Shown piece after piece: positions 39,675 to 49,868 of a stretch of 64,000 bases of DNA (positions are counted from its first letter, which is position 1; each line of letters opens with the position of its first letter). The translations under genes and the position numbers were made by a program. Source of the DNA: Myxococcota bacterium (GTDB lineage Bacteria; Myxococcota_A; UBA9160; UBA6930); contig OZ245015.1 of the NCBI GenBank assembly GCA_965223705.1, forward strand, positions 2,432,001 to 2,496,000, in the 5' to 3' direction. A model generated the notes under the pieces. That model saw nothing but the letters and a program-made list of their open reading frames with translations, was not told the DNA's origin and did no database searches.

Positions 39675-41576
39675 ATGAGCACCCCGAACCTCGACACGCG
39701 CGCCCAAGAGCTGGCCGCCGCGACCGACAAGGACATCGATCCGATCACCTTCTCAGTGATCTTGAATCGGTTCAACACCATCGCGCGGGAGATGACGCTC
39801 ACGCTCGAATACACGTCGTGGACCTCCATCTTGGCGTTGGCCCGCGACTTCTCCTGCGCGATCTACGACGCGAAGGCGCGCCAGGTGTGCATGATGGACG
39901 CACTGCCGATCCACACGAACTCCCTCCACGTGATTCTCGGATCGATGGTGAAGGCCTTCGAAGGCCAGGTCTACGAGGGCGACGTCATCGTCAGCAACGA
40001 TCCCTACAGCGGCAACACGCACGTGGGCGACTTCGTGACCGCATGTCCGGTGTTCCACGAGGGGAAGCACCTCTTCTGGGCCGTGACAAAAGGCCATCAG
40101 CTCGATTGCGGCGCGTACGAGGCGACAAGCGTGGCGCCCAGCGCCAAGAACGTGTGGCAAGAAGCGCTCCAGCTCCCGCCCATCAAATTCTACGAGAAGG
40201 GCAAGCCGCGTCAGGACGTGATCAACATGTACCTCGCGAACGTCCGCTACAAGGACATGCTCTACGGCGATCTGATGGCACAACTGGGTTCGATCTGGAC
40301 CGGCGCGCGACGCATGGTGGAGTTGGTCGAGGAATACGGCGCGGACGATCTCTCCCGCTACGTCGAAGCGATCCTCGATTACGCCGACCGTCGCACGAGC
40401 GACCAGATCAAGGCCATGCCCGACGGAAGTTACGTCGGCGAGTCGTGGATCGACACGGACGGCAGCGGCAACACGAACCTCCTCGTGCGCGCGGAGGTCA
40501 CGATCAAGGACGATCACGTGCACGTCGACTTCGCGGGCAGTGCGCCCCAGGGCGACGGCGGAACCAACGGCACACAAGGCGTGATGGAGGCGTCCGCAGG
40601 CATCCCGCTGCTGTGCGCCATCGACGCGGACATCCCCCACAACGACGGTTGTCTCCGCCATATCACGACCGATGCGCCTGAGGGGTCGATCGTAAAGGCG
40701 AAGTACCCCGCGGCGACCGCGATGGCGACGCTGTGCCCGGCGGGCCAGGAGCAAGAGGCTGTCTGGAAGGCGCTCGCCCAAGCGGTCCCGGATCGCACGT
40801 CCGCCGGCTACGGCGGCTTCCACTGCGTCCCCTCGATCAGCGGCGTCGACCATCGCGGCGAAGAGGACGCGGAATGGGCGGCGATGTTCTTCAACGGCGG
40901 CTCCGCAGGCGGGGCGTCAAAGAACGCCGACGGCTGGCCGCTCATCATGACGTCTTCGGGAATGGGAGGCTTAAAGATCCTTTCCACGGAGATGTGCGAG
41001 CTGCTCTACCCCTTCATGATCGACCGCCACGAAATCGAGCGCGATTCGATGGGTCATGGTGCGACCATGGGCGGAGCGGGCATCAACATCGTGGTACGCC
41101 CCTACGGCGGGCCGATGGATTGCCACGCGACGGGCGACGGCGCGTCGAACCCGCCCTTCGGCTTGTTCGGCGGCACGCCGGGGATCGGCGGCGGCAACTA
41201 CCGCGAAGATCTGGCGACGGGCCACCGCACGTACTGCTCGAGCAAGGGCTACTTGAAGATCGAGGAAGGTCAAACCTGGGTCGGCGTATCGTCCGGAGGC
41301 GGTGGCTACGGCGATCCGCTGACACGTCCCGCGGAGAAGGTTGCCGAGCACGTCCGCGACGAAATCATCTCGCTCGAAACGGCGCGGGATATCTACGGCG
41401 TCGAGCTCGACCCCGAGACCTTCGAAGTTTTCGCCGCGGCGACGGAAGCGCGCCGCGCGAAGCTAGCGGCCGAGCGGGGTGAGGTTCCGCACCTCCAGCC
41501 GACGGAGCCCGACGCGGCGACCTGGCTCGCAGGCCACATGCGAGAAGGCGACGAGTACTTGATCGATCCTCAGTAG
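39675..41576 (+). CDS. Hydantoinase/oxoprolinase subunit B
   Basis: RDFSCAI, NDPYSGNTHVGD, HQLDCG, GGGGYGDP. Confidence 0.94.
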   Translation: MSTPNLDTRAQELAAATDKDIDPITFSVILNRFNTIAREMTLTLEYTSWTSILALARDFSCAIYDAKARQVCMMDALPIHTNSLHVILGSMVKAFEGQVYEGDVIVSNDPYSGNTHVGDFVTACPVFHEGKHLFWAVTKGHQLDCGAYEATSVAPSAKNVWQEALQLPPIKFYEKGKPRQDVINMYLANVRYKDMLYGDLMAQLGSIWTGARRMVELVEEYGADDLSRYVEAILDYADRRTSDQIKAMPDGSYVGESWIDTDGSGNTNLLVRAEVTIKDDHVHVDFAGSAPQGDGGTNGTQGVMEASAGIPLLCAIDADIPHNDGCLRHITTDAPEGSIVKAKYPAATAMATLCPAGQEQEAVWKALAQAVPDRTSAGYGGFHCVPSISGVDHRGEEDAEWAAMFFNGGSAGGASKNADGWPLIMTSSGMGGLKILSTEMCELLYPFMIDRHEIERDSMGHGATMGGAGINIVVRPYGGPMDCHATGDGASNPPFGLFGGTPGIGGGNYREDLATGHRTYCSSKGYLKIEEGQTWVGVSSGGGGYGDPLTRPAEKVAEHVRDEIISLETARDIYGVELDPETFEVFAAATEARRAKLAAERGEVPHLQPTEPDAATWLAGHMREGDEYLIDPQ

Positions 41577-41583
41577 GAGACCC

Positions 41584-42027
41584 ATGTCGGACATCGATAC
41601 TGCGCTCACCGAACTCCTCGACCGGGAGGCCATCCGCGACCTCCCCGTCCGCTACTGCGACTGCGTGTGGCAGGGAGACATCTCGCGGCTGGTCGATCTC
41701 TTCGCCGAGGATGGATCGTTCATCATCAAGCTCAGCGGTAAAGAAGTGCGCGCCGACGGACGCCAGGCACTCCTCGAGTTCTACAAAGAAGGCACCGCGC
41801 ATCTCCCGCGGCCGTACATCCACAACCACGTCGTCGACTTGATCGACGCCGGGCGCGCCGAGGGGCGCTGTTACCTCGATCTCCGGAGCGCAAAAAGCAA
41901 CATGGAGTGGATCGGGGCTGGTTACTACAACGACCGCTACGTGAAGACCGACGCGGGTTGGCGGTTTGCCAGCCGCGAATTCAACGTGTTGCGGATCGAC
42001 GAGGGCCCGGGCTCCGACGACTATTGA
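41584..42027 (+). CDS. NTF2/SnoaL-like protein
   Basis: LLDREAIRDL..RYC...LFAEDG...GYYNDRY...WRF. Confidence 0.88.
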   Translation: MSDIDTALTELLDREAIRDLPVRYCDCVWQGDISRLVDLFAEDGSFIIKLSGKEVRADGRQALLEFYKEGTAHLPRPYIHNHVVDLIDAGRAEGRCYLDLRSAKSNMEWIGAGYYNDRYVKTDAGWRFASREFNVLRIDEGPGSDDY

Positions 42028-43454
42028 CCGTTCTGCCGCTCGACGCCGACGCGACGGAGCTCGCCGAACACGTGAGGCGCGGCGACGTGCAGCCCGTGGA
42101 GCTCGTCGACGAGGCGATCCGTCGTTGCGAAAGCCTGAACGGCCAGCTGAATGCCGTCATCACGCGGATGTTCGAGAGGGCCCGATCCGAGGCCTGCGCC
42201 CCCACCCAGACGGGGCCCTTTGCCGGCGTCCCGTTCCTCATGAAGGACTTTGTCGCCGAAGTCGCAGGCGTGCCGTTTACCGAAGGCAGCGCGTTCCTTG
42301 CGGGCTACATCCCGGAGGAGGACTCCGAACTCGCGACGCGTTTCCGACGTGCCGGGCTGATTACGATCGGAAAGACGAACCTTCCGGAGTTCGCCATCGG
42401 AACCACCACGGAGCCGCGCCTGTTCGGTCCGACCCGCAATCCCTGGGACCTCGAGAGGACACCGGGCGGTTCGAGTGGCGGCGCCGCAGCCGCCGTTGCG
42501 GCGGGTATCGTTCCGGTCGCGCACGCCAACGACGTCGGCGGATCGATCCGCATTCCCGCTTCCTGTTGTGGCCTCGTCGGGTTGAAACCCTCGAGGGGAC
42601 GGACCACCGTAGGGCCGCTCTACGGCGACATCATGGGCGGACTTTTCGTCGAACACGCCCTGACGCGCTCGGTTCGCGATACGGCGGGCCTGCTCGACGC
42701 CGTCGGCGGGCCGGCACCTGGAGATCCGTACGTCGCTCCGCCTCCCGAGCGGCCCTATGCACAGGAAGTCGGTCGCGATCCCGGCACACTTCGCATCGGA
42801 TTTTCCACGGAGACACCCCTCGGCGATCCGCTCCACCCGGAATGTCGCAACGCGATCGTCGAGACGGCGAAGCTTCTCGAATCCCTCGGGCATGAGGTCG
42901 AAGAAGGAGCACCGTCCTTCGATGCCATGGAATTGTGGCAGCCCTACACCACCCTCCTCGCGGCGGGGATCGGCTGGGCGATCGCCGACTGGTCGCGACG
43001 CCTCGGGCGCGAAGCGACGGCCGAGGTTCTAGAGCCGTTCGTTTGGGCGTTTGCCGAACGCGGGCGTAGCGTATCGGCCCCCGAATACCTGATGGCGGTG
43101 CAGGACGTTCAGCGTCAAGTCCGCGAAATGGCGCGTTTCTTCGAAGACCGCGACGTGTGGCTGACGACGACGCTCGGCGAGCCCCCGGTGCCCCTCGGAA
43201 CGCTCGTCTACCGCGACGATCCATTCGAGCTCAGGCGCCGCACGGCGAAGTTCTCGCCTTACACGTACCTGAGTAATGCGAGCGGTCAGCCCGCGATCTC
43301 GCTGCCCCTCGCCTGGAGCGAGGCGGGCCTCCCGATCGGGCTCCACTTTACGGCGCGCTACGGCGACGAAGCCACGTTGTTGCGCCTCGCGAGTCAGCTC
43401 GAAACCGAACGGCCCTGGGCGTCGCGCCGCCCGCCGATTTGCGCGGAGAGTTAA
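42024..43454 (+). CDS. Amidase signature family enzyme
   Basis: [27 protein letters not shown] coupling to the upstream gene. Confidence 0.93.
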   Translation: MTVLPLDADATELAEHVRRGDVQPVELVDEAIRRCESLNGQLNAVITRMFERARSEACAPTQTGPFAGVPFLMKDFVAEVAGVPFTEGSAFLAGYIPEEDSELATRFRRAGLITIGKTNLPEFAIGTTTEPRLFGPTRNPWDLERTPGGSSGGAAAAVAAGIVPVAHANDVGGSIRIPASCCGLVGLKPSRGRTTVGPLYGDIMGGLFVEHALTRSVRDTAGLLDAVGGPAPGDPYVAPPPERPYAQEVGRDPGTLRIGFSTETPLGDPLHPECRNAIVETAKLLESLGHEVEEGAPSFDAMELWQPYTTLLAAGIGWAIADWSRRLGREATAEVLEPFVWAFAERGRSVSAPEYLMAVQDVQRQVREMARFFEDRDVWLTTTLGEPPVPLGTLVYRDDPFELRRRTAKFSPYTYLSNASGQPAISLPLAWSEAGLPIGLHFTARYGDEATLLRLASQLETERPWASRRPPICAES

Positions 43455-43457
43455 CGA

Positions 43458-43600
43458 GTCTCTGCGCGGTAGACCGAGGCTGGGCCGGGGCAGGTGGGGG
43501 CACCGTGCTCAAACATCCTCGCGCCGACGGGATGCCGAGATTCTTCGCGCGCCTCGTCGGCGCTGCGGAACTGCGCGCGGTACCCCCACCTGCCCCGGCC
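43458..43600. repeat. Nested palindromic extragenic element (REP/MITE-like)
   Basis: 26-nt arms 43483-43508 and 43575-43600 (one mismatch, one G-T pair) enclose an inner 9-bp stem 43521-43529/43555-43563. A partial second copy lies at 15881-15946. Confidence 0.85.
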
Positions 43601-43631
43601 TCGCGGCGCTCAGCCCAACGCTCACCAGAAG

Positions 43632-44879
43632 CTATGCCGGAGCGAGTGCGGCGTTCTCGCGCAAACGACGTAGATTGAGGAACCCGACGATCAGCAGGTT
43701 TCCGATGTTCGCTGCAACGCCCCACGCGAATCCCAGCGAATAGCTGTTGGTCTCGGCGAAGACCCGGCCCGCGATTTCGGGGCCGAGGGCCATCCCGATC
43801 GAGCCGAACAGGACGATCATGCCGACCCGTGGGCCGAGGCCCTCGAGCGGTAGGTGCGTGCGGAGGATGACCGGGTAGCACGGAAGGATTCCGCCAAAGC
43901 CGAGACCGAAGAAAATTGCGACGGCGTACAAGCCCGGGAAGCTCGAGGTCGCGGCCATCGCGGCCAACGCCGTGGCCTGGGTCGCGGATGTGACGAAGAG
44001 GGTCGGCAGGCCGCCGATCCGATCGCACACGAACCCCCAGCTGATGCGGCTCACGATCGATGTCGCCATCAGGACGCCCAGAATGGAAGCGCCCTCCCCC
44101 AGCGAGAAGCCCCGTTCGACCACGTATTTCGGCAGATGAACGAGCGGCATCGACATCGCGATGCAGCAACCGACCACCGCGGTACAGAGCATGGCCGTGA
44201 CGACGTTCGGTGAAAGCCCCAGCCCCGGATACGTCGCGGGCTGTGCTCCGTTCTCGGGGAGGACCGCTTCGTGCACAGGTGCCGGGCGGCGGAACACCAA
44301 GGCGACCGGGAGCATCACCACGAGCGCGAAAATCGCGTAGCCTTGGTACGTCGCGTGCCAGCCGTAGTTTGTAATCGACGTGTGGAAGACGACGGGCCAG
44401 ATCGCGCCGCCGAGCGCTTGGCCGCTTCCCACAAGGGAAACCGCGACCCCGCGGCGCCGTTCAAACCAATGCGTCGCGGCCGTGAACAGGGGTGTTACGA
44501 ACGCCGCGTTCCCCAGCAGTCCGAAGAGCACGAGATACACCCCGACGATCAGCGGGAAGGACTCGACCCGAGCGATGATCCAGGCTCCCGCCGCCAGCGA
44601 CAGCACCGCCAGTACCGCGGGCCGGAACGTTCCGAACCGGTCGGCGTACCAGCCCATCGCGATCCCGCCGATCCCCATGCCGAGCATGGCGGCACCGTAC
44701 GGGATCGCCGCGGAGCCTACGTCGACACCGAGTTCTGCCGCCCGTGGAACGATCGCGATCGCGACCAGGAAGTAGGTGCCGGAGCCCGCCGCAGCTAGGA
44801 ACAGGGAAGCGAAGGCGACCGCCCACGCGTAGGGCGAATCGACCTGGCCCTTGCGTCGAACGGAATCCGGCTCAGCCAT
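43632..44879 (-). CDS. MFS transporter
   Basis: About 12 hydrophobic segments; GWYADRFG, WFERRRG, GFVCDRIG. Confidence 0.92.
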   Translation of the reverse strand: MAEPDSVRRKGQVDSPYAWAVAFASLFLAAAGSGTYFLVAIAIVPRAAELGVDVGSAAIPYGAAMLGMGIGGIAMGWYADRFGTFRPAVLAVLSLAAGAWIIARVESFPLIVGVYLVLFGLLGNAAFVTPLFTAATHWFERRRGVAVSLVGSGQALGGAIWPVVFHTSITNYGWHATYQGYAIFALVVMLPVALVFRRPAPVHEAVLPENGAQPATYPGLGLSPNVVTAMLCTAVVGCCIAMSMPLVHLPKYVVERGFSLGEGASILGVLMATSIVSRISWGFVCDRIGGLPTLFVTSATQATALAAMAATSSFPGLYAVAIFFGLGFGGILPCYPVILRTHLPLEGLGPRVGMIVLFGSIGMALGPEIAGRVFAETNSYSLGFAWGVAANIGNLLIVGFLNLRRLRENAALAPA

Positions 44880-44925
44880 CGAGCCGCAGAGCGTACCACG
44901 CGGCGGGCCGAGTGCGCGGCGTCGA

Positions 44926-45363
44926 TCAGATGCCTTGCCAGACCTCTTCCACGTGGATACGCGTCAGATGGATCCGGCGGATCTTCCAGACCCCGTCTTC
45001 TTTTGCGTACTCCTCGTGGTAGTGCCCCCACCCTTTGAAGGTGCACTGGGGCAGCAGCAGATAGTCGTGCATCGCCCAGATCCCCTTCGCGGTGGTGTCG
45101 CTCGTGATCTCGAGCTCGGGCATGAAGCCCTGGTGAATCGAGAGAATGTTCTCGCTGAGAAGGCCCGAAACGCCTTCCACCAGCGACTTCTTTCCGTCGC
45201 AGGAGAACTGCGTCGGATCGTCGTCCTTGCTGACGCGGGGCGGCCCGTCGTAGGTCGCCTTCACGTCGTCCGTAAAGCAGTGCTGCCAGTCGGCCCACTG
45301 CTTGGTGTCCATCAAGCGGAAGTACCGCGCCTTCAGCTGGCGGATCGCCTCGAGATCATCCAT
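44926..45363 (-). CDS. NTF2/SnoaL-like protein (BaiE-like)
   Basis: IRQLKARYFR..D, HQGFMPE, GIWAM, GHYHEEY. Confidence 0.88.
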   Translation of the reverse strand: MDDLEAIRQLKARYFRLMDTKQWADWQHCFTDDVKATYDGPPRVSKDDDPTQFSCDGKKSLVEGVSGLLSENILSIHQGFMPELEITSDTTAKGIWAMHDYLLLPQCTFKGWGHYHEEYAKEDGVWKIRRIHLTRIHVEEVWQGI

Positions 45364-45396
45364 TGCATGCTCCTTGTCGCAGGGATTTCGCCAATT

Positions 45397-46290
45397 CTAC
45401 CTCGCCGAAGCTCCGCGCAGGAACTCCGGACGGTTGACCAGCATCAAGCCCAGGACGACGAGACCGCCGCCCAGGAGGATTGCCGGCCGTAACGCCTCCC
45501 CGAGAAACACCGCGGCGGAGATGAGCCCGTAGATGGGAACGAGGTTGATATAGAGCGCTGTACCGACGCCCCCGATCTCGACGACCGCTTCGTAGTACCA
45601 GAGGAAGCCCAGCGCCGAGCCGATGAACCCCAGGAGAAACATCAGTCCGAGAGCGCGCGGGTCGGTGGCCAGCGCCCAGCTCGCGGCCGGGTTCTCGAAC
45701 ACAAACGGGAGGAGCAGCGCGCTGCCCACCCAAATGGCGACGGAGGTCACGAGCAGCGGCGAATAGACCTCGAGCAGTTTCCCGCCCAGGACGGAGTACG
45801 CGGCCCAGGACAGGGCGCTCAGGAAGATCAGCGCCTCGCCCCAGCCGACCCCGATCGCGAGGAGCTGGGTCGGGGACCCGTCGGCGAGGACGTAGGCCGT
45901 CCCGAGGAACCCCAACAACACGCCGACCATCGCCAGCCGGTCGGGCCGCTGACGATGAACGATCGCTTCGAGCACGAGCACCATCGCGGCGATCAAGCCG
46001 AGAATGATCGACGTCGTCATCGCGTCGGTGGATTCGAGCCCCTTAAACATCAGGCCGTTGTGAAGCAGCATGCCCGTCGCGCCCAGGGCGAGGAAGCGGC
46101 CCCAGTATTTCCTCGGAATCGGCTCGAATCCTCGGGTCGCTCGCAAGAAGAAGAAAAGCAACAGGCCCGCGATCGCGAAGCGGCCGAAGACCGCGACGAA
46201 GGGAACCTGGAACTCGGATAGGACCCGACCGATGGTGGGCGTCGTCCCCCAGAACACGGTGGCCAGCGACATCTTCAGGTGGACCGACAT
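45397..46290 (-). CDS. DMT/EamA family transporter
   Basis: FWG, two EamA repeats, NLVP..G...FLGE. Confidence 0.9.
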   Translation of the reverse strand: MSVHLKMSLATVFWGTTPTIGRVLSEFQVPFVAVFGRFAIAGLLLFFFLRATRGFEPIPRKYWGRFLALGATGMLLHNGLMFKGLESTDAMTTSIILGLIAAMVLVLEAIVHRQRPDRLAMVGVLLGFLGTAYVLADGSPTQLLAIGVGWGEALIFLSALSWAAYSVLGGKLLEVYSPLLVTSVAIWVGSALLLPFVFENPAASWALATDPRALGLMFLLGFIGSALGFLWYYEAVVEIGGVGTALYINLVPIYGLISAAVFLGEALRPAILLGGGLVVLGLMLVNRPEFLRGASAR

Positions 46291-46351
46291 CGGGAGAGAA
46301 TGCCAGATCGAATGCGCCGCGGGCGACCGCCGAAAGGTCTATCTTCACCTT

Positions 46352-47536
46352 ATGCTGACCGAGAGACAACGGGCGGACTACGAGCGCGATGGCTTCCTGG
46401 TCATCCGCGACTGCTTTGACGACGGCGAGATTCGACGTTTCGAAAACGCGTACGTGAAGCAACCCCCGCACAGCGTCCTGCCGGCGGGGCGCACCTATCC
46501 CGAGCCCGGTCGCTACACCCTGGCCCACTCCTGCATGGCCGATCCCGACCTCGCGGCAGTGGCCGAGCACCCCGGCGTCCTCACGCCGGTCCGCGAACTC
46601 CTCGGGGACGACCCCATCCTGACCGCGTTCGTCGTCTACGATCGGACGCCGGACGGTCCCGGCCTTCCCCGGCACAACGATTACAAACGCTGGCGGCCCG
46701 TGGGGTCGTCGATGCACTGGCTCTTCACCATCGTTCCGTTCACCGATTACGACGAGGAGATCGGCCCCCTGTTCGTCTCCCCGGGGTCCCATCGACTGGA
46801 CCGTGTGCGAGACATCGGGGAGCGCGTGCTCCACGTCGACCCCGCTGTGCTGCCGGAGCCCGACAGCTTCGTCGATCCCGAGCTCGGTCGAGGCGACCTC
46901 CTGTTGATGAACATGCACTTGTGGCACAAGGCCGGCCGCAACCGCTCGAAGCGCACGCGAGCGGGCTTCTTCAACAAGTACGCCGCGAAGCGCTACCCGC
47001 CGGCGACGGGTTACTACGTCTTCAACGACGCGGCATACGAGGCCTTGTCCGAAGCGGGGCGCGACGTGATCGCTGTCCACAGCGATCGCCCCGTGTCGCG
47101 GACCCGGATGCTTCTCGAACGATCGGGGCCGAACGGTCCGGAGTTCTTGACGCTGCGAGACGATGCCGGCCGACTCACCCTTCCGGGTGGGCCGACCTTT
47201 CTCGAAGAGGCGATCCCCGATTGGGACTACGGCAACTACATCGCGCCGCTCCACGCCGCGATGCGCGAGCAGTTGCAGATCGAGACCCCGTGGGCCACCT
47301 ACGTCGGAGACTACGGAGAGGGCGAGGAGCTGACACGCCTCTACGCGTACCCGATGAACGAGAACGGGTTCCCCGTACCCTTCCCGGGCGAGTGGCTCAC
47401 GGCCGACGACGTGCGGAGCGGGAAGCTCGAGCTCGCCTACCTGCCTGCAGCCCTCGAGGATTGGCAGGCGCCGGATGTCGTGCGCGGCAAGGGCGTATCG
47501 CAGGCGCAGGCGCGGATCGACCAGTACGCCTACTGA
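46352..47536 (+). CDS. PhyH-family Fe(II)/2-oxoglutarate dioxygenase with an extra C-terminal domain
   Basis: YERDGFL, HND (HxD), PGSH, LWH...NRS..TR. Confidence 0.85.
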   Translation: MLTERQRADYERDGFLVIRDCFDDGEIRRFENAYVKQPPHSVLPAGRTYPEPGRYTLAHSCMADPDLAAVAEHPGVLTPVRELLGDDPILTAFVVYDRTPDGPGLPRHNDYKRWRPVGSSMHWLFTIVPFTDYDEEIGPLFVSPGSHRLDRVRDIGERVLHVDPAVLPEPDSFVDPELGRGDLLLMNMHLWHKAGRNRSKRTRAGFFNKYAAKRYPPATGYYVFNDAAYEALSEAGRDVIAVHSDRPVSRTRMLLERSGPNGPEFLTLRDDAGRLTLPGGPTFLEEAIPDWDYGNYIAPLHAAMREQLQIETPWATYVGDYGEGEELTRLYAYPMNENGFPVPFPGEWLTADDVRSGKLELAYLPAALEDWQAPDVVRGKGVSQAQARIDQYAY

Positions 47537-47557
47537 TCGACCCGCACGGAGCGGCGC

Positions 47558-48598
47558 TTATTTGCGGAACGCGGGAATCACGTCCTTCGCAAAAACTTCC
47601 ATGCTGCTGCGGATGTGGTGCGGCGCAAGGCCCGAAAGCGCCATGCCGCACACCAGGTGCGTAACGCGCCCCCGGCTCACGTAGTCCTCGATCATCCCGC
47701 GGGCGTCCTCGGGAGTGCCGACGATGGCGGGCTCTCCGAAGACGTCGAAGGACTGCTTCGCGATGATCTCCTCGACGGAGGGAATCCCCTGGGTCGCCTG
47801 ATCGTCACCGGGTTTGTCGTTCGCCTCGGCAAACCATTCCGCGTAGCGCGACGCGGTGTAGTGCAGCGACTGCGCCGCCGTCTCCCAGGCCTGGTCGCGA
47901 CTTTGCGCGACGTGGACCCAGCGCAACTGCGCGGTGTTGTACTCCTCTGGGTTACGGCCCGCTTCGACCAGGCACTTGTCGTAGAACTCGACGAGATCCG
48001 GCGGACCGACCACCTGGAAGTGAAAGCCCATCTTCGCGGCCCGCTCGATCGCTTTCGGCGCGATGGCGCCGAGCCAGATGGGCGGATGCGGCTTTTGCAG
48101 TGCAGGCGGGACGATCTGAATGTCTTTCAGCTGACTGAACTCGCCGTCGAACGTGACGGATTCATCGCTGAGCAGGCGCTGGATCAGTGCGATGCCTTCT
48201 TGCAGACGCTTGCCCCGCGTCGTGTGGGAAATGCCCTGATCGGAGAACTCCTTGCGCCGATAGCCCAGACCGACACCCAGGTCGAAGCGCCCCTGGGAAA
48301 TGAGATCCACCGTCGCCGTGTCTTCGGCGATCCGCACCGGATTGTGGAGAGGCAACAGGACCAAGAATGTCCCGATGCGGATCCGGGTCGTCCGCGCAGC
48401 GACGGCGGCGCCGATCGGCAGCAGCGAAGGCGAGTAACCGTCGTCGACGAAGTGATGCTCGGTCAGCCAAGCGTTGTCGTAACCCATGCCCTCGGAGTCG
48501 ACGATTAAGTCGAGGTGGGTCCGATACAGATCTTCCCAAGGGACACGATTGAATTCTGGGTTGCGGAAAGGCCATAAAATGCCGAATCGAAGATTCAT
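47558..48598 (-). CDS. LLM-class flavin-dependent oxidoreductase
   Basis: WLTEHHF, TTRIRIGT, AEDTATVDLISQGRFDLGVGLGY. Confidence 0.92.
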   Translation of the reverse strand: MNLRFGILWPFRNPEFNRVPWEDLYRTHLDLIVDSEGMGYDNAWLTEHHFVDDGYSPSLLPIGAAVAARTTRIRIGTFLVLLPLHNPVRIAEDTATVDLISQGRFDLGVGLGYRRKEFSDQGISHTTRGKRLQEGIALIQRLLSDESVTFDGEFSQLKDIQIVPPALQKPHPPIWLGAIAPKAIERAAKMGFHFQVVGPPDLVEFYDKCLVEAGRNPEEYNTAQLRWVHVAQSRDQAWETAAQSLHYTASRYAEWFAEANDKPGDDQATQGIPSVEEIIAKQSFDVFGEPAIVGTPEDARGMIEDYVSRGRVTHLVCGMALSGLAPHHIRSSMEVFAKDVIPAFRK

Positions 48599-48641
48599 TG
48601 ACGTTCCTTCTCTCGAAATCGCTCGAAGCTACTGCTCGAAA

Positions 48642-49868
48642 TCACTTGAACTGTAGATAGGGGCTCGGATCGCTCGCTGCGGTCTCGGTCAATAGTACCT
48701 CGGGTCGTCGATAGCGCGCAGCCGTGGCTCGGCGGGCGGGGTCGTCGGATTCCGGGCCGATCGGTGCGCCGAGATCGCGGCTCCAGGCGACAAGCGCCCG
48801 GCCGAACGCCAGACGCCGCCGCTCCCACTGATCGAGTGCGTGCGGGTCCCCGCGGTCGGTCGCGTCGAGAGCATCGGCCAGGGTGACCGCGTCTTCGGCA
48901 GCCTTGGACACGCCCATCCCGACATGCGGCCTCGCGGTCGCCGCCGCATCGCCGACCAGCGCGATCCGTCCTGCGACGAGGCGCTCGCTCGCGAAGTCGT
49001 AGATCGGCTGCAGGAACGGCGCTTCGGTGGCCTCGATCACCGCCTGGATCTGGGGAGCGAGAAGAGATGCCGCCGACTCGCGCATCCGCGCCCGGAGTTC
49101 CGGGCGTATGCGGTCGTGGGGAATGCCGTTCGGATAATGCGTTCCCTCCGCGTCCGTCAGGTGATCGCGCAACTCGTCTTCGTCAGCTCGCCGGTACCAC
49201 GCCCAATTGAACCTCCGCTTGCCGGCCTCGAGCCGATCGTCGCGACCCGCGACGAAGTAGCCCAGCCAATGTCCTCCCGGTGCCGCACCGAAACCCATGC
49301 GATGGGAGAGTTCCGCCCGTACATCGGCCGGGATAAGCGATTCGTCGATGAGCCCGCGCCAGATGAAGTAGCCCGCGTAGGTCTCGTCGGTCCCCGGAAA
49401 CGCGACGGCCCGCACGCGCGAGCGCATCCCATCGGCGCCGACGAGCCAATCGAACTTCGCAGTCTCTCCGTCGGAGAATCGCGCCTCGACCTCTTCTCCC
49501 GCGATCGAGATCGCTTCGAGTCGCTTCGCGTTGTGGTAATCGGCTTCGGGCAAGCCCGCTCGCAAGCTGCGGTAGATGTGGCCCCAGCTCGTCATCCACT
49601 GCGGCTCCGCGCGGCGTGCGGCGAGCTTCCCGCTCGGGTCAAAGAGGACCCGTTCTCGGCAATGCACGCCGGGTCCCTGGCGTAGCGCAACCCCCGTCTG
49701 GGCAACGGCGTCGTGCAGTGCCGCGTGCGTCGTCAGGCCCGCGCCGCGATCGGCGAGCTCCGTCGCGCGCTCGTAGACCGAAACCCGGAAGCCGCGGCGG
49801 CGGAGCGCCAATGCGGCGAAGAGCCCCGCGATCGATCCGCCGATCACGGCGACACGCGGTCGACTCAC
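48642..49868 (-). CDS. FAD-dependent aromatic-ring monooxygenase (DhpH-like)
   Basis: GGSIAG, GADG..S.VR, GDAAATARPHVGMG. Confidence 0.85.
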   Translation of the reverse strand: MSRPRVAVIGGSIAGLFAALALRRRGFRVSVYERATELADRGAGLTTHAALHDAVAQTGVALRQGPGVHCRERVLFDPSGKLAARRAEPQWMTSWGHIYRSLRAGLPEADYHNAKRLEAISIAGEEVEARFSDGETAKFDWLVGADGMRSRVRAVAFPGTDETYAGYFIWRGLIDESLIPADVRAELSHRMGFGAAPGGHWLGYFVAGRDDRLEAGKRRFNWAWYRRADEDELRDHLTDAEGTHYPNGIPHDRIRPELRARMRESAASLLAPQIQAVIEATEAPFLQPIYDFASERLVAGRIALVGDAAATARPHVGMGVSKAAEDAVTLADALDATDRGDPHALDQWERRRLAFGRALVAWSRDLGAPIGPESDDPARRATAARYRRPEVLLTETAASDPSPYLQFK

